DNA of 64,000 nucleotides, taken from the NCBI GenBank assembly GCA_041649335.1, contig JBAZNF010000001.1, forward strand, positions 21,285 through 85,284. The letters run 5' to 3'. Shown here in pieces: positions 36,813 through 47,661 of the stretch (positions are counted from its first letter, which is position 1; each line of letters begins with the position of its first letter). Position numbers and translations under genes: made by a program. Under the pieces are notes generated by a model. The model searched no databases. It was not told the DNA's origin and was given only the letters and a program-made list of their open reading frames with translations. The DNA comes from Patescibacteria group bacterium. GTDB lineage: Bacteria; Patescibacteriota; Patescibacteriia; UBA10025; JAHIVO01.

Positions 36813-39800
36813 ATGAGGGCGCGTACCAATAAAAATAAATTTTTTTTCGGGGCGTTATTCGGCTTTGTTGTCTTTGGGATATTGCTCGGTGCCGCACTCT
36901 GGCTGACCTCATCCCCGTCATTAGCCGTTACCGTCAACCCTAACTTGGGACCGACATTCGGTTTGGGTACGGCTGACCTGGAGTCCACGGTCATCAAGAT
37001 CATCCAGTGGGCGCTCGGGTTTCTGGGGCTGGTCGCCGTGATCATCATCATGTACGGAGGTTTTATCTGGATGACCGCGGCCGGCAACGAGGAAAAGGTA
37101 CGGAAGGCGAAAAAAATCATCACTCAGGCGGTGATCGGCCTGGTTATTATTATGTTAGCCTGGGCAATCGTGACTTTCATCATCGGCCGGCTGAACGGCA
37201 TCCTGAATGGGCCCGGCCAGCAGTTCTGTACTCCCGGCGCGCCGAACGGCTGTTATGATTGTAATGCAGCAGGTACTGCGTACTCTATTTTTGATCAAAC
37301 TAATGGCCCGCAGTGTGTCAGCGGTGATACGTTCCACAAGAAATGGGTTGACCCGGCGCCAAACGAGGATAATGTGCCGCTTTGCAGTATTGTCCAGGTG
37401 CAGTACAATGGGAATTTTGATGCCGGGAGCATCGCAGGAAATGTCGGTTTATATGTTAATTTGGCGACAAACGGCAATGGTGCCGCGTGTAATGCCGCGG
37501 ACGAATGCCGTTCCGGAGTATGTACGGCAAACGCGTGTGTCGGAGATGAAGTCGTCGGTACGTGGCAAGTGGTGGCGTCCAACCATTCATTTTTGGAATT
37601 TTTGCCAAATACGGATTATCTGGAAAACACCGAATATCGGGCGGAGATACGGGCTGGTGTAGCGGAAGAAGCGCCGGCGCGGACGACTGTGCCGTATACC
37701 TGGACATTCACCACCGGCACGACCACGCTGACGACGCCGCCGACAGTGACGCAGATCTACCCGGACGATAACGACACGGGTATTTGCCTGATGACGCCGG
37801 TTCAGGCGAAATTTTCCCAGAAGATGCGCGTGTCCTCAATAAATTCCGGGACAGTCTTGTTGCAGAGCGGCGCGCCGGTACTCCTCAGTACTTTCTCTTT
37901 CCCGACCGTAGCGTCATTCTCCACGAGACCGCAGGCGCCTCTGGTGCCGGATACGGATCATACTGTTACGATGATTGCCGGCACGCCAGGCGGAACCTGT
38001 TCGGTCGCGGGCCCAGGCTGTGACATAAAAAATAATTGCATTACCACATGCGGCGGTACCTGGACGTACAATACCGACGGTATCATGGACGTCTGTTTTA
38101 ACCACCTGGACGGCAACTACAGCGGCACGGATGACGGTTCGGCCGGCGGCGATGACTTTATGTCCATCAACGGCCAGCCTAATCCTGGTGATACTACGCC
38201 GTGGAGTTTCACTACGGATGCAGATACGACTAATACGAAATGTGTCCCGGAAATAACCAGCATTAACCCCGACAATGGTCAGTACAGTGATCCGGCGCCG
38301 GGCGCAGAAATCAGCGGGACGAATTTTGGCATCATCGGCAACGTTACATTCAATAGTGGAGTGTTGGATCAGCTGAATTGTTTTAACGGAGTAAATTGGC
38401 CGAACCAGAATTGCAATGTGTCATGGACCGGCAATACTATCCAAACCCGTATCCCCGGCGGTCCGATCAATTATGGCGGTATCATCCCGTCCAATGGCGC
38501 CAAGGACGGCGGAATAGTGGTGACTATTACGCCCGGCGTGTGTGAGGGCGGCAGCAATGACAATGGCGCGTGCACCGTGGCTAACCAGGCCGCGGACTGT
38601 CCCGGCGGTAAATGCATCGAAGACAGCAACGCCGTCGGTTTTGACGTAACCAGCCCGCAGATCGGGAAAGTGTCCGGATTGGACAAGGCTCCGCATGGCG
38701 GGATCGGACAGTACGTGACCGTTATCAAACGCAATGACAGCAACGCCGGATTTGGAGCAGTCCAGGGACAGGTATTTTTCCGCAACCGGCTGAATGGTGC
38801 GGAGGTAGTCGCGGAATTTCCGCCGGATCCGCCCTGTGATGCGAACTGGTCAGATACGCGCGTCATCATTAAAGTTCCGGATCTGTCAGCGATCGCTACA
38901 GCCTGCGTCGGAAATTGGGCGGCTTGTGTCAATACTGACTCTGAAGTAGCGGTGCAGGTCGTAAAATCTGACGGTACCCGCAGTAATCTGGCATATTTTA
39001 TATATACGAATGAGGCAGCCGGGCCGGGCCTATGTAAAGTTGATCCTGTTTGTGGGGTTGAGGGTACGGCAGTGGTATTGTCAGGAGAAAAATTTGACGG
39101 ACCGAACCCGCACAGCGTCAGTTTTGCTCTCGGGACCAATCCGCCCGTTACAGTGGCCCCGACCAGCTGGACTGATACAGACGTCGGCGCTGACGTCCCG
39201 AATTTGGACAATGCCGAGGACCCGTATGAGGTGAATGTTTCCAACGGCAACGGTGCCAGCAACAGTCTGCCGTTTGAAGTGCCGTGCGGCGGTGTGCCGA
39301 AAGTGGTGGAGACCACAGCATGCAGCCTGCACTGCGTGGGCGGAATCAACGACACCAAATCGTGTTTAAACGACGAATTTTGCGCGCCGGGCGGCGGATC
39401 ATGTATCCAGGACACGTTCCCGTCCCCGAACCCTTATAAGAACGCGACTAACGTCTGCCTGAACGCCGGATTCGGTGCCACGTTCAGCACCCTGATGGAC
39501 CATGCCACACTGAGTGATATCAACATTAAATTATACGATTGTACCGATAACACCTCCGCCTGCGCGACGACGAACGATATCACCCCGCCGCCGGGAAACT
39601 ATTCTGCTTCGGATACGGCTACGAATACCAGTTTCCAGTTTTTTCCGGTTGCCAACCTCACGTCAGACCATTACTACAAGGCGGTTATCAGCAAGGAAGT
39701 GCGCAGCACAACAAACGTTAAGATGGTGAATGATTACGCCTGGACCGTAAAAACACAGGCTGGTACTGACCTATGTCCGGTGACGGGCGTGCTGGTGACG

Positions 39801-42800
39801 CCGGCCAAGACAATCCTGGCCGCCATCGATCCTGATCCCGGATCAACGCAGGACTACGCTGCCGTACCGCTCGGGCCCAAATGTACGTTTATGAATCCCA
39901 ATGGGTACACATGGGGCTGGGACACGCTGCCGTTGGGTGTAGCCACGGTCGCGTCAGTATTGCCGCAGCCGCCGTATAATTCAACGGCCACGGCCATTGC
40001 CGAGGGCACGACCAAGGTCAGGGCGACTACAGAAGGGAAGACCGGGCAGGGGAGTTTGAGTATTATTTTAGATTATTGTGACGCTTCTACAGACTGCACA
40101 AAAGCCGGGCAGTGTCCGGGCAGTATCTGTGACATACCGACAAACCGCTGTACTCCGGTCATTACCGACCGCAACGGCGACGGCCAGGCTTTGTCTCCGG
40201 CCAGCGGCCCGCGCAGTCCTAATCCCGCCCAACCAGGTACGACTGTGACCATCGAGGGTTGTTATTTTGGTTCGTATGTCGTCGGATCCAGCCAGATTCA
40301 ATTTGCCGGGAATGACAGCATCTTCTTCTGTCCCAAACCATGGACGGACAGCCAGATCATCACGTCGGTTCCTGATACCGCACCGCTAGGCAATAACGCG
40401 GTGATCGTCCGGACCGCGGTTGGTTTGACCTCTCCTGGTGTTAATTTTACCGTGACCAATACATGCGAGGGTGGTGTACCGGTGCCCGCTACCGGTGTGC
40501 CCGGGATATGTTCGATTAGTCCGGCTACCGGCAGAAATTTAAGCCAGACGTCATTTAACGGGTATCAATTTACCAGTAATGGCGCGCCGCCGGTGGCAAA
40601 GGCGCAGTTTACACAGGACGGCGGCGGGTACACTGATTCAACAACAGGTTCCAGTGACGCTGCCGGGACAGTGTTTTCCGGGGCCACAGTGCCTGACAAT
40701 GCCGTCTCCGGACCAGCCCGGATGGCTGTGGAGGTCGCTCCAAACCAGTACTGTCCATCAAACAGCCTGACGTTCGGCGTGACCTGTTCGTCCAGTGACC
40801 AGTGCGGCACTGGCTGCTGCGCATACAGTAATTTAGTCCATGCTAAAATTTGCCAGGAGTTAGAAGCGTGCAGTCCGGGTACGCCGGGCACGACCTGCAA
40901 GCTTGACGATGCCGAGCATATAGCCGCTGATTTGTGCCAGCTCGGCAAGACCGTGTCCGGTACTGGGGATTATCGGTGTATTGATGCGGACAGTCATTTA
41001 ACACCGGATAGCCAGGGTACGCCGCCGGTGGTCAGTGGCCCATACCCACCCGGTGCATCAGCACCGTGTGTTACCTGTTGTTCAATGGATATCAATGGCG
41101 ACGGGAGCAACATACCCCAGACAAATACGGGAGGACTGAATTGTACCGCGGATATCGACGCCTGTTCCGGTGCAGGCAGCAACCGCGGCTTGTATTGCGG
41201 CTGCGCGTATGACGTCAATAACCCGGTACCGGGCGATACCCAGTGCGATGACGGAAGCGGGACGTTGGGTTGCGGCAGCAACACCTGTTGTTATGCCCGG
41301 CCACAGTTTACCGGCGTTACGCCGGCCGTACCGGCTCCGCCAAATGGACTTTTATGCCTGAATAATATTTTTACCTTCACCTTTGACCAGCCGATGGATG
41401 CCAGTTCGGTCATACCCGGGACGTCGGTAGAAATGATTGACAGCACAGCCACAAATATCAATATTACTGTTTTAAAAACGACAAACGGTTTTGTCATCAA
41501 GCCCGCGCAGGCGCTTACGCCAGGGCTATCGTATACAATCAGGCTGCGTCGCGACTTGATCAGGAGCAGCAAGGGTATTGCCTGGTCAGCTACGCCTAAT
41601 GACTGGCAGGCTTGGCAGTGGCCGGTAGATATCAATGCCACGATTTGCACGATAAATTCTATAGAATGGCTTTTTATAAAAAATCCTTTATTTAGCTATC
41701 CAGCTCCTGATTATTTCAATTGTTTTACTGATTCGTGCACTGATGACATGAATATTGGTCTCGTTGGAAATCAACATTGGGCTTTTGCCCAAGCACTTGA
41801 TAAGTACAGCAACCCGGTCAGCGCAAATTACAACTGGTCAATAGGAGACCCGACGATAGCGACGGTGGATCCAGCCCAGCACACTTTTTTTAATGATAAT
41901 TTAACAGCCCAGCAGCAGAATGGTCGGACGTCGGTGAATGTCGAAGCAGTGCCGGACTATTTCACCGGTACCAAGACGTCATCCGCCAGAGTGACGGTCA
42001 ATGCGTGCGAGCATCCCTGGCCGAATCCGTTTCCGCCGGAGAATGACACGTTCCCGTATATTGATAACGCCACCCACTTTTCTATTTCGTATTGCCGAGA
42101 CCCCGGCGAGCTACCGTTATTGGCTCCGACCGGTGACGTAGTGGTCAAGGATGGCACCTATCTGCCGGGGAACAAGAAGAACGAGCGGATCAAGGAATTT
42201 TTCTTCACCCGTAACGGGACGGATGACGCCATCGGTATTTTGGTATATGAGAATGAAGGCAACCAGTCGCCTCGTGACTGGTATTTCAGCCAGTTCGGCC
42301 CAGCCGCACCGGAACCCCAGGACCTGACCGTGGACGGGTATCCGGCTGTCCGGGCCGGTACGACGGTTTACGTGTCCGCCTGGAATGCCGTTGGCGCTAA
42401 CGTCGGTGACCGGCTGTACCCGAATATTTACCTGATTTCATACAATGAAGACGCTTCTGACGAGACGGTGGCTATTTATAACCGGATGATCAGTAACTGG
42501 GAATTTACCATCAACATCGGCCTGTCGGAAAAAGAGCAGATGCTGCGCGATATGCGGCGGGTGACGGACCTCACGGCCATATACGCGAAACTGATGACGT
42601 ACCGGACCGATAAGGGGATTTTTCCAAAACTTGAGGGTGGATCATACGTGAAGATGCTGTCCACCTCCAAATGGCCGTCGTGGCAGGATACGCTCGGTAC
42701 CGCAATAAACGGTAACCTGCCCAAAGATCCGATCGACAAGTTTGCCGTCCCTGACCCGCTGATGTGCACGGCCGCAAACCATTATGACCAGACTACCTGC

Positions 42801-45800
42801 TGGAGCGATACCCAAAAAAGATACGAATGTCCGGCCGACTCATTTGTCTATCAATATATGGGCAGTGCGGACGGCAGTATGGCCAGCCTGTTCGCGCATT
42901 TGGAATACCTCCATTACTTAAATGGCGGGTGGTACATCGGCGCTGATCCGGTGTCGGACGTCTGCAATGGCCTGTCCGAAGCGGAATGCCCGTGTTTCAA
43001 CTATGAATATAATGTCACCGGTTCAGCCACGGATCATGACGGTCCGGACATCATCGCCGTTGATTCGCTGGTGCTGAACCAGAACACGACCGTGTCGGGC
43101 ACGCGGGCGCTGGACGTGACGGTCAGTGACGCAGGATCCGGCGTCAATCGGGTGTTATTCTACATTGACGGCATCCTGAACTACACGGATACGGATAACG
43201 CCGTCTGGAGCTGGGATTTCAACACCAGTCAGTATACGGACGGCAGCCATACGGTCCGTGTCCGGGCCTATGACAATGCCGGTAACCTGACTGACGGGGA
43301 TTATGCTATCAATATCGACAACAGCGGCCAACCGGATTCTACCGCGCCGTTTGTGACCATCACCACGCCGCAAGACGGGACGACAGTATCGAACCGCAAC
43401 GTCACCTACAGTCCCGATAAATGGATTACGGCGGGAGGGGTCGAGGGCATAGAGGCGTCAAATACCGGGTCAATATTCTGGGTGAACTACCCAGTCGGAA
43501 CATCTTCGTTAAACCGGGTTGATGCCGACCTGACCTTGAGTACATTGCTCAATTCGTTTAATTATCCCAACCCTGATTTGACGTTGAATTTAACACCAGG
43601 GAACAGGGTTTTATATTGGGTAGGCAAAGACAGGTCAACCGGTGATATGCTGGTGACATATACCCCCGATCCTAATGTTGACAGACGAAAAATATTGCGC
43701 ATTCCGGCCGGCGCCGCTCCCAATACCCCGCCAACTTCCATCTATTATTTTACCGGTCCTGGCTTCGATTGGCGCGGCTTTACCCATGCGGTCGGGGCGC
43801 CGGACGGTAAAATTATTGCGGTGATATATTTCCATCAGCTCGCTGTGTATAATCCGAGTACGGGCGTAATTGAGCATTTCCTCGACACGGGCGGACAGAT
43901 TGGCGGTATCGATACTGATAGTGCGGGAAATATTTATATTACACGGGCAACCAACCCCGGCGGCGTGTATAAGTATGACCAGAATTTAAATCTAATCGGC
44001 AGTATTACAAATGCCACCTTTAATCTGCCGATCGGATTAGCCGTCGACGGCCAAACTATTTATGTGGCAAATCAGAATTCTCATGACATTGTCGCGGTGG
44101 ACACCAGCCTGACCAAAGTGGTGCACGTGTTCGGCGAAGCCGGCGTACCGGGCAATGATTTGGCGCACTTGAGTTCTCCGCAGGATGTCACGGTATTCGG
44201 CAATAATTTGTATATTTCTGATCTCATGAACGCGCGCATCCTCCGGGTGAAGACGCTGATCAGCTATGGCGTGCAGATCAACGCGCTGGCTACCGATAAC
44301 CGGCAGGTTTCAAGTGTTAATTTTTCCATCAGGGACGTGGGCAATAATTTAGTTGATGCGTACTCCTGTACCGGCAATACGACCACGACGCTTAGCTGTT
44401 CTTTTGCCCCGCCGTGGGATTCTACCCAGGTACCGAACGGTCCGTATACTATTACTGCCCTGGCGGCGGATAACAGCGGGCATACCGGATCGACGTCCGT
44501 AACCGTCAATGTTGATAATCTGGATCCGATCCGGCCGGTGGTCACATTTGACCAGTCCATACCCGGTCTCTGCGCCGAGGGAACATGCCAAAACAGCGGA
44601 GTCCCGTGTGATTATCTTAATCAGTGCGGCGGCGGGGAATTGTGCGTGTTCAGCGTGGCCTGCGACCAGACGAATACACCCGCTGTCTGCAGCAATAATT
44701 TTAATAACCAGATGTGCTTGCGAAGCGGTTCAGTTACTATACCGGTCTCGGCTACCGACAATAAACAGGTCAACGAGGTGAAATTTTATGTAGACGGGCT
44801 GTTCATGAGCAATGGCATCCATCAGCCGGGGACGTGTGTTACGGGCGGACAGGCATGTACGTCAGATGCTGATTGTACCGCCCCAGATACGTGTGATTTG
44901 GATAATTGGAGCTGGAATTGGGACTCCCAAGGTTACTCAAAAGGCGTGTGCGCCAGCCATTGCAGCGTTACGCTCGGCCAGATGTGCGTCGCCAGCAGCG
45001 ATTGCCCGGCCAATGAGGTGTGCGTCGCGGCCAATGGAATCGGATTGGAGTGCAATGCTGACAGTGAATGCAATCCCGGCCTGACCTGCCCCGGCCACCA
45101 GGTGGTAGCGTATGCTTATGATGATGCCAGGAATATCGGCACGGACACGATGTTCATCCCGGTCGACGTGGCGCAGGACGACGCAGAACCGCCGACGGTC
45201 AGTTTTATCCCGCCGACGCCCAATGAAGGGACGTCCATTGATAACTCTATTTTAGTGCGCGTACAGGCTGATGATAATTATGGCGTCAATCGGGTGAATT
45301 TCTATATGGACCATGTACTGCGGTACACTGCTCTGGCCGGGCAGGCGACAGAATGGACCGTTGATACGACGTCGGTTCCCGACGGATGGCATTCGTTCCA
45401 GGTGGACGCACTGGACGCCCGCGGCAATCGCAGCACAAGTATCGAACGGAATTATAACGTCCGCGGACCCGGCGGCCCCTTGATTACCGATCCGTTTATT
45501 ACGCCGGACACCGGCCCACTGGGAACTGTGTATACCATATATGCCAACGTGACGGATTATGACGGCGTTGACAGCGTCGTCGTGCCAATCCAAAGCCCCG
45601 ACGAAACGGATTTGGCTCCTCCGGTGCTTATCACGCTGGGGTTAGTCTCTGGCGATAATATTTCCGGGTTATACAGCGGTACCTGGACGTCAACTGTGGT
45701 AGCGGCATTGTGGGTGGACGTGCAGGCTCGCGACATACTTGGTAACACCTCGGAATACGAGAATATCCCCGGCCGGCCGGCCTGCGACAACAACGGGACC

Positions 45801-46316
45801 TGCGACAGTCCGGTGGAAACCAACGCGAATTGTCCGCTTGACTGTCCGGCCACGTACCCGGTGATTACTAGCGTTTTGTCTGCCTCGGGCCAGGTCGGTA
45901 TCGCGTTTAGCTACCAGATTATTGCCACGAACGGTCCAAACACGTTTACCGCGACAAATTTGCCAAACGGGCTTACGGTCAATGCGGCCGGGCTGATCAG
46001 CGGTACGCCGGCCGTCGGATCAAATGCCACCTATACGGTTCCGCTGACTGCCACTAATGCATTTGGCACAGATACAAAAAACCTGACCCTGGTCATCCAG
46101 GGACCATGTGTGGCGCACAGCGCCGGCCCATGTACAGGCGCCCTGACCGGCAATGACAACTGTTGCCTCTCAAGTGATTTCTGTAATCATAACGGGACAA
46201 AGACATATACCGCTGACGATACCTGTAGTAGTAAAAAAATTCCGGGGTCGCCTTGCGATTATTGGTTTTGGTGCATTTCAGATGAATGCAGTTTCTTGAC
46301 AAAACGATGTTTATAA
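36813..46316 (+). CDS. Giant (3167 aa) Cys-rich surface protein with an N-terminal VirB2/TrbC-like (T4SS-pilin-like) membrane domain
   Basis: A single uninterrupted ORF. The N-terminal ~130 aa contain two hydrophobic helices flanking ...IIMYGGFIWMTAAGNEEKVRKAKKIITQAVIG.... The rest is extracellular: dense Cys pairs, NHL-type beta-propeller repeats (about nt 43860-44250), three Ig-like Big-type domains (about nt 44260-45440; ATDN(R/K)QV...V.F blocks) and a He_PIG-type putative Ig domain (about nt 45850-46090; LPNGLTVNAAGLISGTPAVGSNATYTV). Confidence 0.9.
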   Translation: MRARTNKNKFFFGALFGFVVFGILLGAALWLTSSPSLAVTVNPNLGPTFGLGTADLESTVIKIIQWALGFLGLVAVIIIMYGGFIWMTAAGNEEKVRKAKKIITQAVIGLVIIMLAWAIVTFIIGRLNGILNGPGQQFCTPGAPNGCYDCNAAGTAYSIFDQTNGPQCVSGDTFHKKWVDPAPNEDNVPLCSIVQVQYNGNFDAGSIAGNVGLYVNLATNGNGAACNAADECRSGVCTANACVGDEVVGTWQVVASNHSFLEFLPNTDYLENTEYRAEIRAGVAEEAPARTTVPYTWTFTTGTTTLTTPPTVTQIYPDDNDTGICLMTPVQAKFSQKMRVSSINSGTVLLQSGAPVLLSTFSFPTVASFSTRPQAPLVPDTDHTVTMIAGTPGGTCSVAGPGCDIKNNCITTCGGTWTYNTDGIMDVCFNHLDGNYSGTDDGSAGGDDFMSINGQPNPGDTTPWSFTTDADTTNTKCVPEITSINPDNGQYSDPAPGAEISGTNFGIIGNVTFNSGVLDQLNCFNGVNWPNQNCNVSWTGNTIQTRIPGGPINYGGIIPSNGAKDGGIVVTITPGVCEGGSNDNGACTVANQAADCPGGKCIEDSNAVGFDVTSPQIGKVSGLDKAPHGGIGQYVTVIKRNDSNAGFGAVQGQVFFRNRLNGAEVVAEFPPDPPCDANWSDTRVIIKVPDLSAIATACVGNWAACVNTDSEVAVQVVKSDGTRSNLAYFIYTNEAAGPGLCKVDPVCGVEGTAVVLSGEKFDGPNPHSVSFALGTNPPVTVAPTSWTDTDVGADVPNLDNAEDPYEVNVSNGNGASNSLPFEVPCGGVPKVVETTACSLHCVGGINDTKSCLNDEFCAPGGGSCIQDTFPSPNPYKNATNVCLNAGFGATFSTLMDHATLSDINIKLYDCTDNTSACATTNDITPPPGNYSASDTATNTSFQFFPVANLTSDHYYKAVISKEVRSTTNVKMVNDYAWTVKTQAGTDLCPVTGVLVTPAKTILAAIDPDPGSTQDYAAVPLGPKCTFMNPNGYTWGWDTLPLGVATVASVLPQPPYNSTATAIAEGTTKVRATTEGKTGQGSLSIILDYCDASTDCTKAGQCPGSICDIPTNRCTPVITDRNGDGQALSPASGPRSPNPAQPGTTVTIEGCYFGSYVVGSSQIQFAGNDSIFFCPKPWTDSQIITSVPDTAPLGNNAVIVRTAVGLTSPGVNFTVTNTCEGGVPVPATGVPGICSISPATGRNLSQTSFNGYQFTSNGAPPVAKAQFTQDGGGYTDSTTGSSDAAGTVFSGATVPDNAVSGPARMAVEVAPNQYCPSNSLTFGVTCSSSDQCGTGCCAYSNLVHAKICQELEACSPGTPGTTCKLDDAEHIAADLCQLGKTVSGTGDYRCIDADSHLTPDSQGTPPVVSGPYPPGASAPCVTCCSMDINGDGSNIPQTNTGGLNCTADIDACSGAGSNRGLYCGCAYDVNNPVPGDTQCDDGSGTLGCGSNTCCYARPQFTGVTPAVPAPPNGLLCLNNIFTFTFDQPMDASSVIPGTSVEMIDSTATNINITVLKTTNGFVIKPAQALTPGLSYTIRLRRDLIRSSKGIAWSATPNDWQAWQWPVDINATICTINSIEWLFIKNPLFSYPAPDYFNCFTDSCTDDMNIGLVGNQHWAFAQALDKYSNPVSANYNWSIGDPTIATVDPAQHTFFNDNLTAQQQNGRTSVNVEAVPDYFTGTKTSSARVTVNACEHPWPNPFPPENDTFPYIDNATHFSISYCRDPGELPLLAPTGDVVVKDGTYLPGNKKNERIKEFFFTRNGTDDAIGILVYENEGNQSPRDWYFSQFGPAAPEPQDLTVDGYPAVRAGTTVYVSAWNAVGANVGDRLYPNIYLISYNEDASDETVAIYNRMISNWEFTINIGLSEKEQMLRDMRRVTDLTAIYAKLMTYRTDKGIFPKLEGGSYVKMLSTSKWPSWQDTLGTAINGNLPKDPIDKFAVPDPLMCTAANHYDQTTCWSDTQKRYECPADSFVYQYMGSADGSMASLFAHLEYLHYLNGGWYIGADPVSDVCNGLSEAECPCFNYEYNVTGSATDHDGPDIIAVDSLVLNQNTTVSGTRALDVTVSDAGSGVNRVLFYIDGILNYTDTDNAVWSWDFNTSQYTDGSHTVRVRAYDNAGNLTDGDYAINIDNSGQPDSTAPFVTITTPQDGTTVSNRNVTYSPDKWITAGGVEGIEASNTGSIFWVNYPVGTSSLNRVDADLTLSTLLNSFNYPNPDLTLNLTPGNRVLYWVGKDRSTGDMLVTYTPDPNVDRRKILRIPAGAAPNTPPTSIYYFTGPGFDWRGFTHAVGAPDGKIIAVIYFHQLAVYNPSTGVIEHFLDTGGQIGGIDTDSAGNIYITRATNPGGVYKYDQNLNLIGSITNATFNLPIGLAVDGQTIYVANQNSHDIVAVDTSLTKVVHVFGEAGVPGNDLAHLSSPQDVTVFGNNLYISDLMNARILRVKTLISYGVQINALATDNRQVSSVNFSIRDVGNNLVDAYSCTGNTTTTLSCSFAPPWDSTQVPNGPYTITALAADNSGHTGSTSVTVNVDNLDPIRPVVTFDQSIPGLCAEGTCQNSGVPCDYLNQCGGGELCVFSVACDQTNTPAVCSNNFNNQMCLRSGSVTIPVSATDNKQVNEVKFYVDGLFMSNGIHQPGTCVTGGQACTSDADCTAPDTCDLDNWSWNWDSQGYSKGVCASHCSVTLGQMCVASSDCPANEVCVAANGIGLECNADSECNPGLTCPGHQVVAYAYDDARNIGTDTMFIPVDVAQDDAEPPTVSFIPPTPNEGTSIDNSILVRVQADDNYGVNRVNFYMDHVLRYTALAGQATEWTVDTTSVPDGWHSFQVDALDARGNRSTSIERNYNVRGPGGPLITDPFITPDTGPLGTVYTIYANVTDYDGVDSVVVPIQSPDETDLAPPVLITLGLVSGDNISGLYSGTWTSTVVAALWVDVQARDILGNTSEYENIPGRPACDNNGTCDSPVETNANCPLDCPATYPVITSVLSASGQVGIAFSYQIIATNGPNTFTATNLPNGLTVNAAGLISGTPAVGSNATYTVPLTATNAFGTDTKNLTLVIQGPCVAHSAGPCTGALTGNDNCCLSSDFCNHNGTKTYTADDTCSSKKIPGSPCDYWFWCISDECSFLTKRCL

Positions 46317-46356
46317 AAATTTAATGACGATATAATTATTAATATTTAATACACGT

Positions 46357-47649
46357 ATGAAAAAATTAATGAATGGGTTGGTTATCTTAACAATAGTTGG
46401 CGTCATGTCGGTTGTGGGCATCAGCATAGCCCGGGCTGATACGCAGCCAAGCATCGAGGTGTATGACCCGAGTGATACTGCCGGACCGACATTATCGAGC
46501 ACTGTCGTCAGTCCGACCCAGATCAATCAGGGGCAGTCGCTCAGTATTACCGTAACAGCTGAGGACGTTTCCGGCGTCAGGACGGCTATCGCCAATATCA
46601 AGAGTTCGGTCGGTGCCGTGAAGGCGATTATTCAGCTGTATGACGACGGCAAACATAATGACGGCCAGTCTGGCGATGGCGTGTTTGCCAGTACGTGGAA
46701 TTCAGGCACGAATCAGGATGACAATTATTCAGTGGACATCCAGCTGGCAGACATCTTTGGCCATCCGACCATTGGGTCAAACGCCGCAAGCTTCGTGATT
46801 GGCGCCGGCGCCTCGAATTCCAATACCAACACGACTAATGCAAATACCAACACTTCGGACACCACCGCTCCGGTTATTGCTATCACGTCGCCAAATGAAG
46901 GCGCTGACATCGGTACGTCAAGTATTGATGTGTACGCCAACGCCACAGATCCGGAAAGTACGGTGACAAAAGTTGATTTTTATCTGGACAGCGAGTCGGC
47001 ACCGCACGATACGCAGAATTTTGATCAGCCGTCAGGTAGCGGCGATTACATCTGGGTACTGAATGTCGCATCGCTATCCACAGGATCTCATGTATTGCGG
47101 GCAGTCGCGACCAATGGCGTCGGCCTGACTGCTTCCGCGACGCGGACGATTAACGTTACGTATACCAGCAGCGCCCCGGTGGTGACTATCATCAGCCCGT
47201 TATCTGGTTCGTTTAATGTCGGGACGCCAATTGACGTGAATGTCAGTGCCACCGATGCCACTGACATCACTCGGATTGAGCTGTATACCTCAAAATATGG
47301 CGGCCCGCTGGCAAGTGTTGATATTACTGGTTCGGCGGATACTAATGTTACCACGACTTTGCACATCAATTTGGCGGGCGATATTGCCATGGGAACAGCG
47401 CAGAAATCTGACCTGGCGGTCAAGTGGCCACGATTCCGTTTGCCGTTCGTTTCAGTGGCTGATGCCGCCACCAGTTATAATGTCAATGGTAGTTGTACCA
47501 CGACCACGATCACGGACGACAAGTCAATTTATGCCATGGCGTATAATGCCAGCCTAAGCGCGAATTCCGGTTATGTGACCTATTCCGTCTGGTCTTCCTC
47601 GACATCCTGCACGAACACGGCATCGTCGTCTTCCTCCTCCGCCTCTTAA
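46357..47649 (+). CDS. Secreted Ig-like-domain protein with Ser-rich C-terminus
   Basis: Signal peptide MKKLMNGLVILTIVGVMSVVGISIARA, Big-type Ig-like repeats, and a 40-nt gap after the giant gene. Confidence 0.7.
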   Translation: MKKLMNGLVILTIVGVMSVVGISIARADTQPSIEVYDPSDTAGPTLSSTVVSPTQINQGQSLSITVTAEDVSGVRTAIANIKSSVGAVKAIIQLYDDGKHNDGQSGDGVFASTWNSGTNQDDNYSVDIQLADIFGHPTIGSNAASFVIGAGASNSNTNTTNANTNTSDTTAPVIAITSPNEGADIGTSSIDVYANATDPESTVTKVDFYLDSESAPHDTQNFDQPSGSGDYIWVLNVASLSTGSHVLRAVATNGVGLTASATRTINVTYTSSAPVVTIISPLSGSFNVGTPIDVNVSATDATDITRIELYTSKYGGPLASVDITGSADTNVTTTLHINLAGDIAMGTAQKSDLAVKWPRFRLPFVSVADAATSYNVNGSCTTTTITDDKSIYAMAYNASLSANSGYVTYSVWSSSTSCTNTASSSSSSAS

Positions 47650-47661
47650 TAACGGTATTTC

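Noticed and set aside
38471-39415. 314-aa ORF on the minus strand inside the giant gene, and many other 60-130-aa antisense ORFs across 36.8-46.3 kb
   Set aside because: These lie antisense within a single uninterrupted 9.5-kb ORF whose product has recognisable domains. No RBS or other signals were seen; they are typical shadow ORFs.
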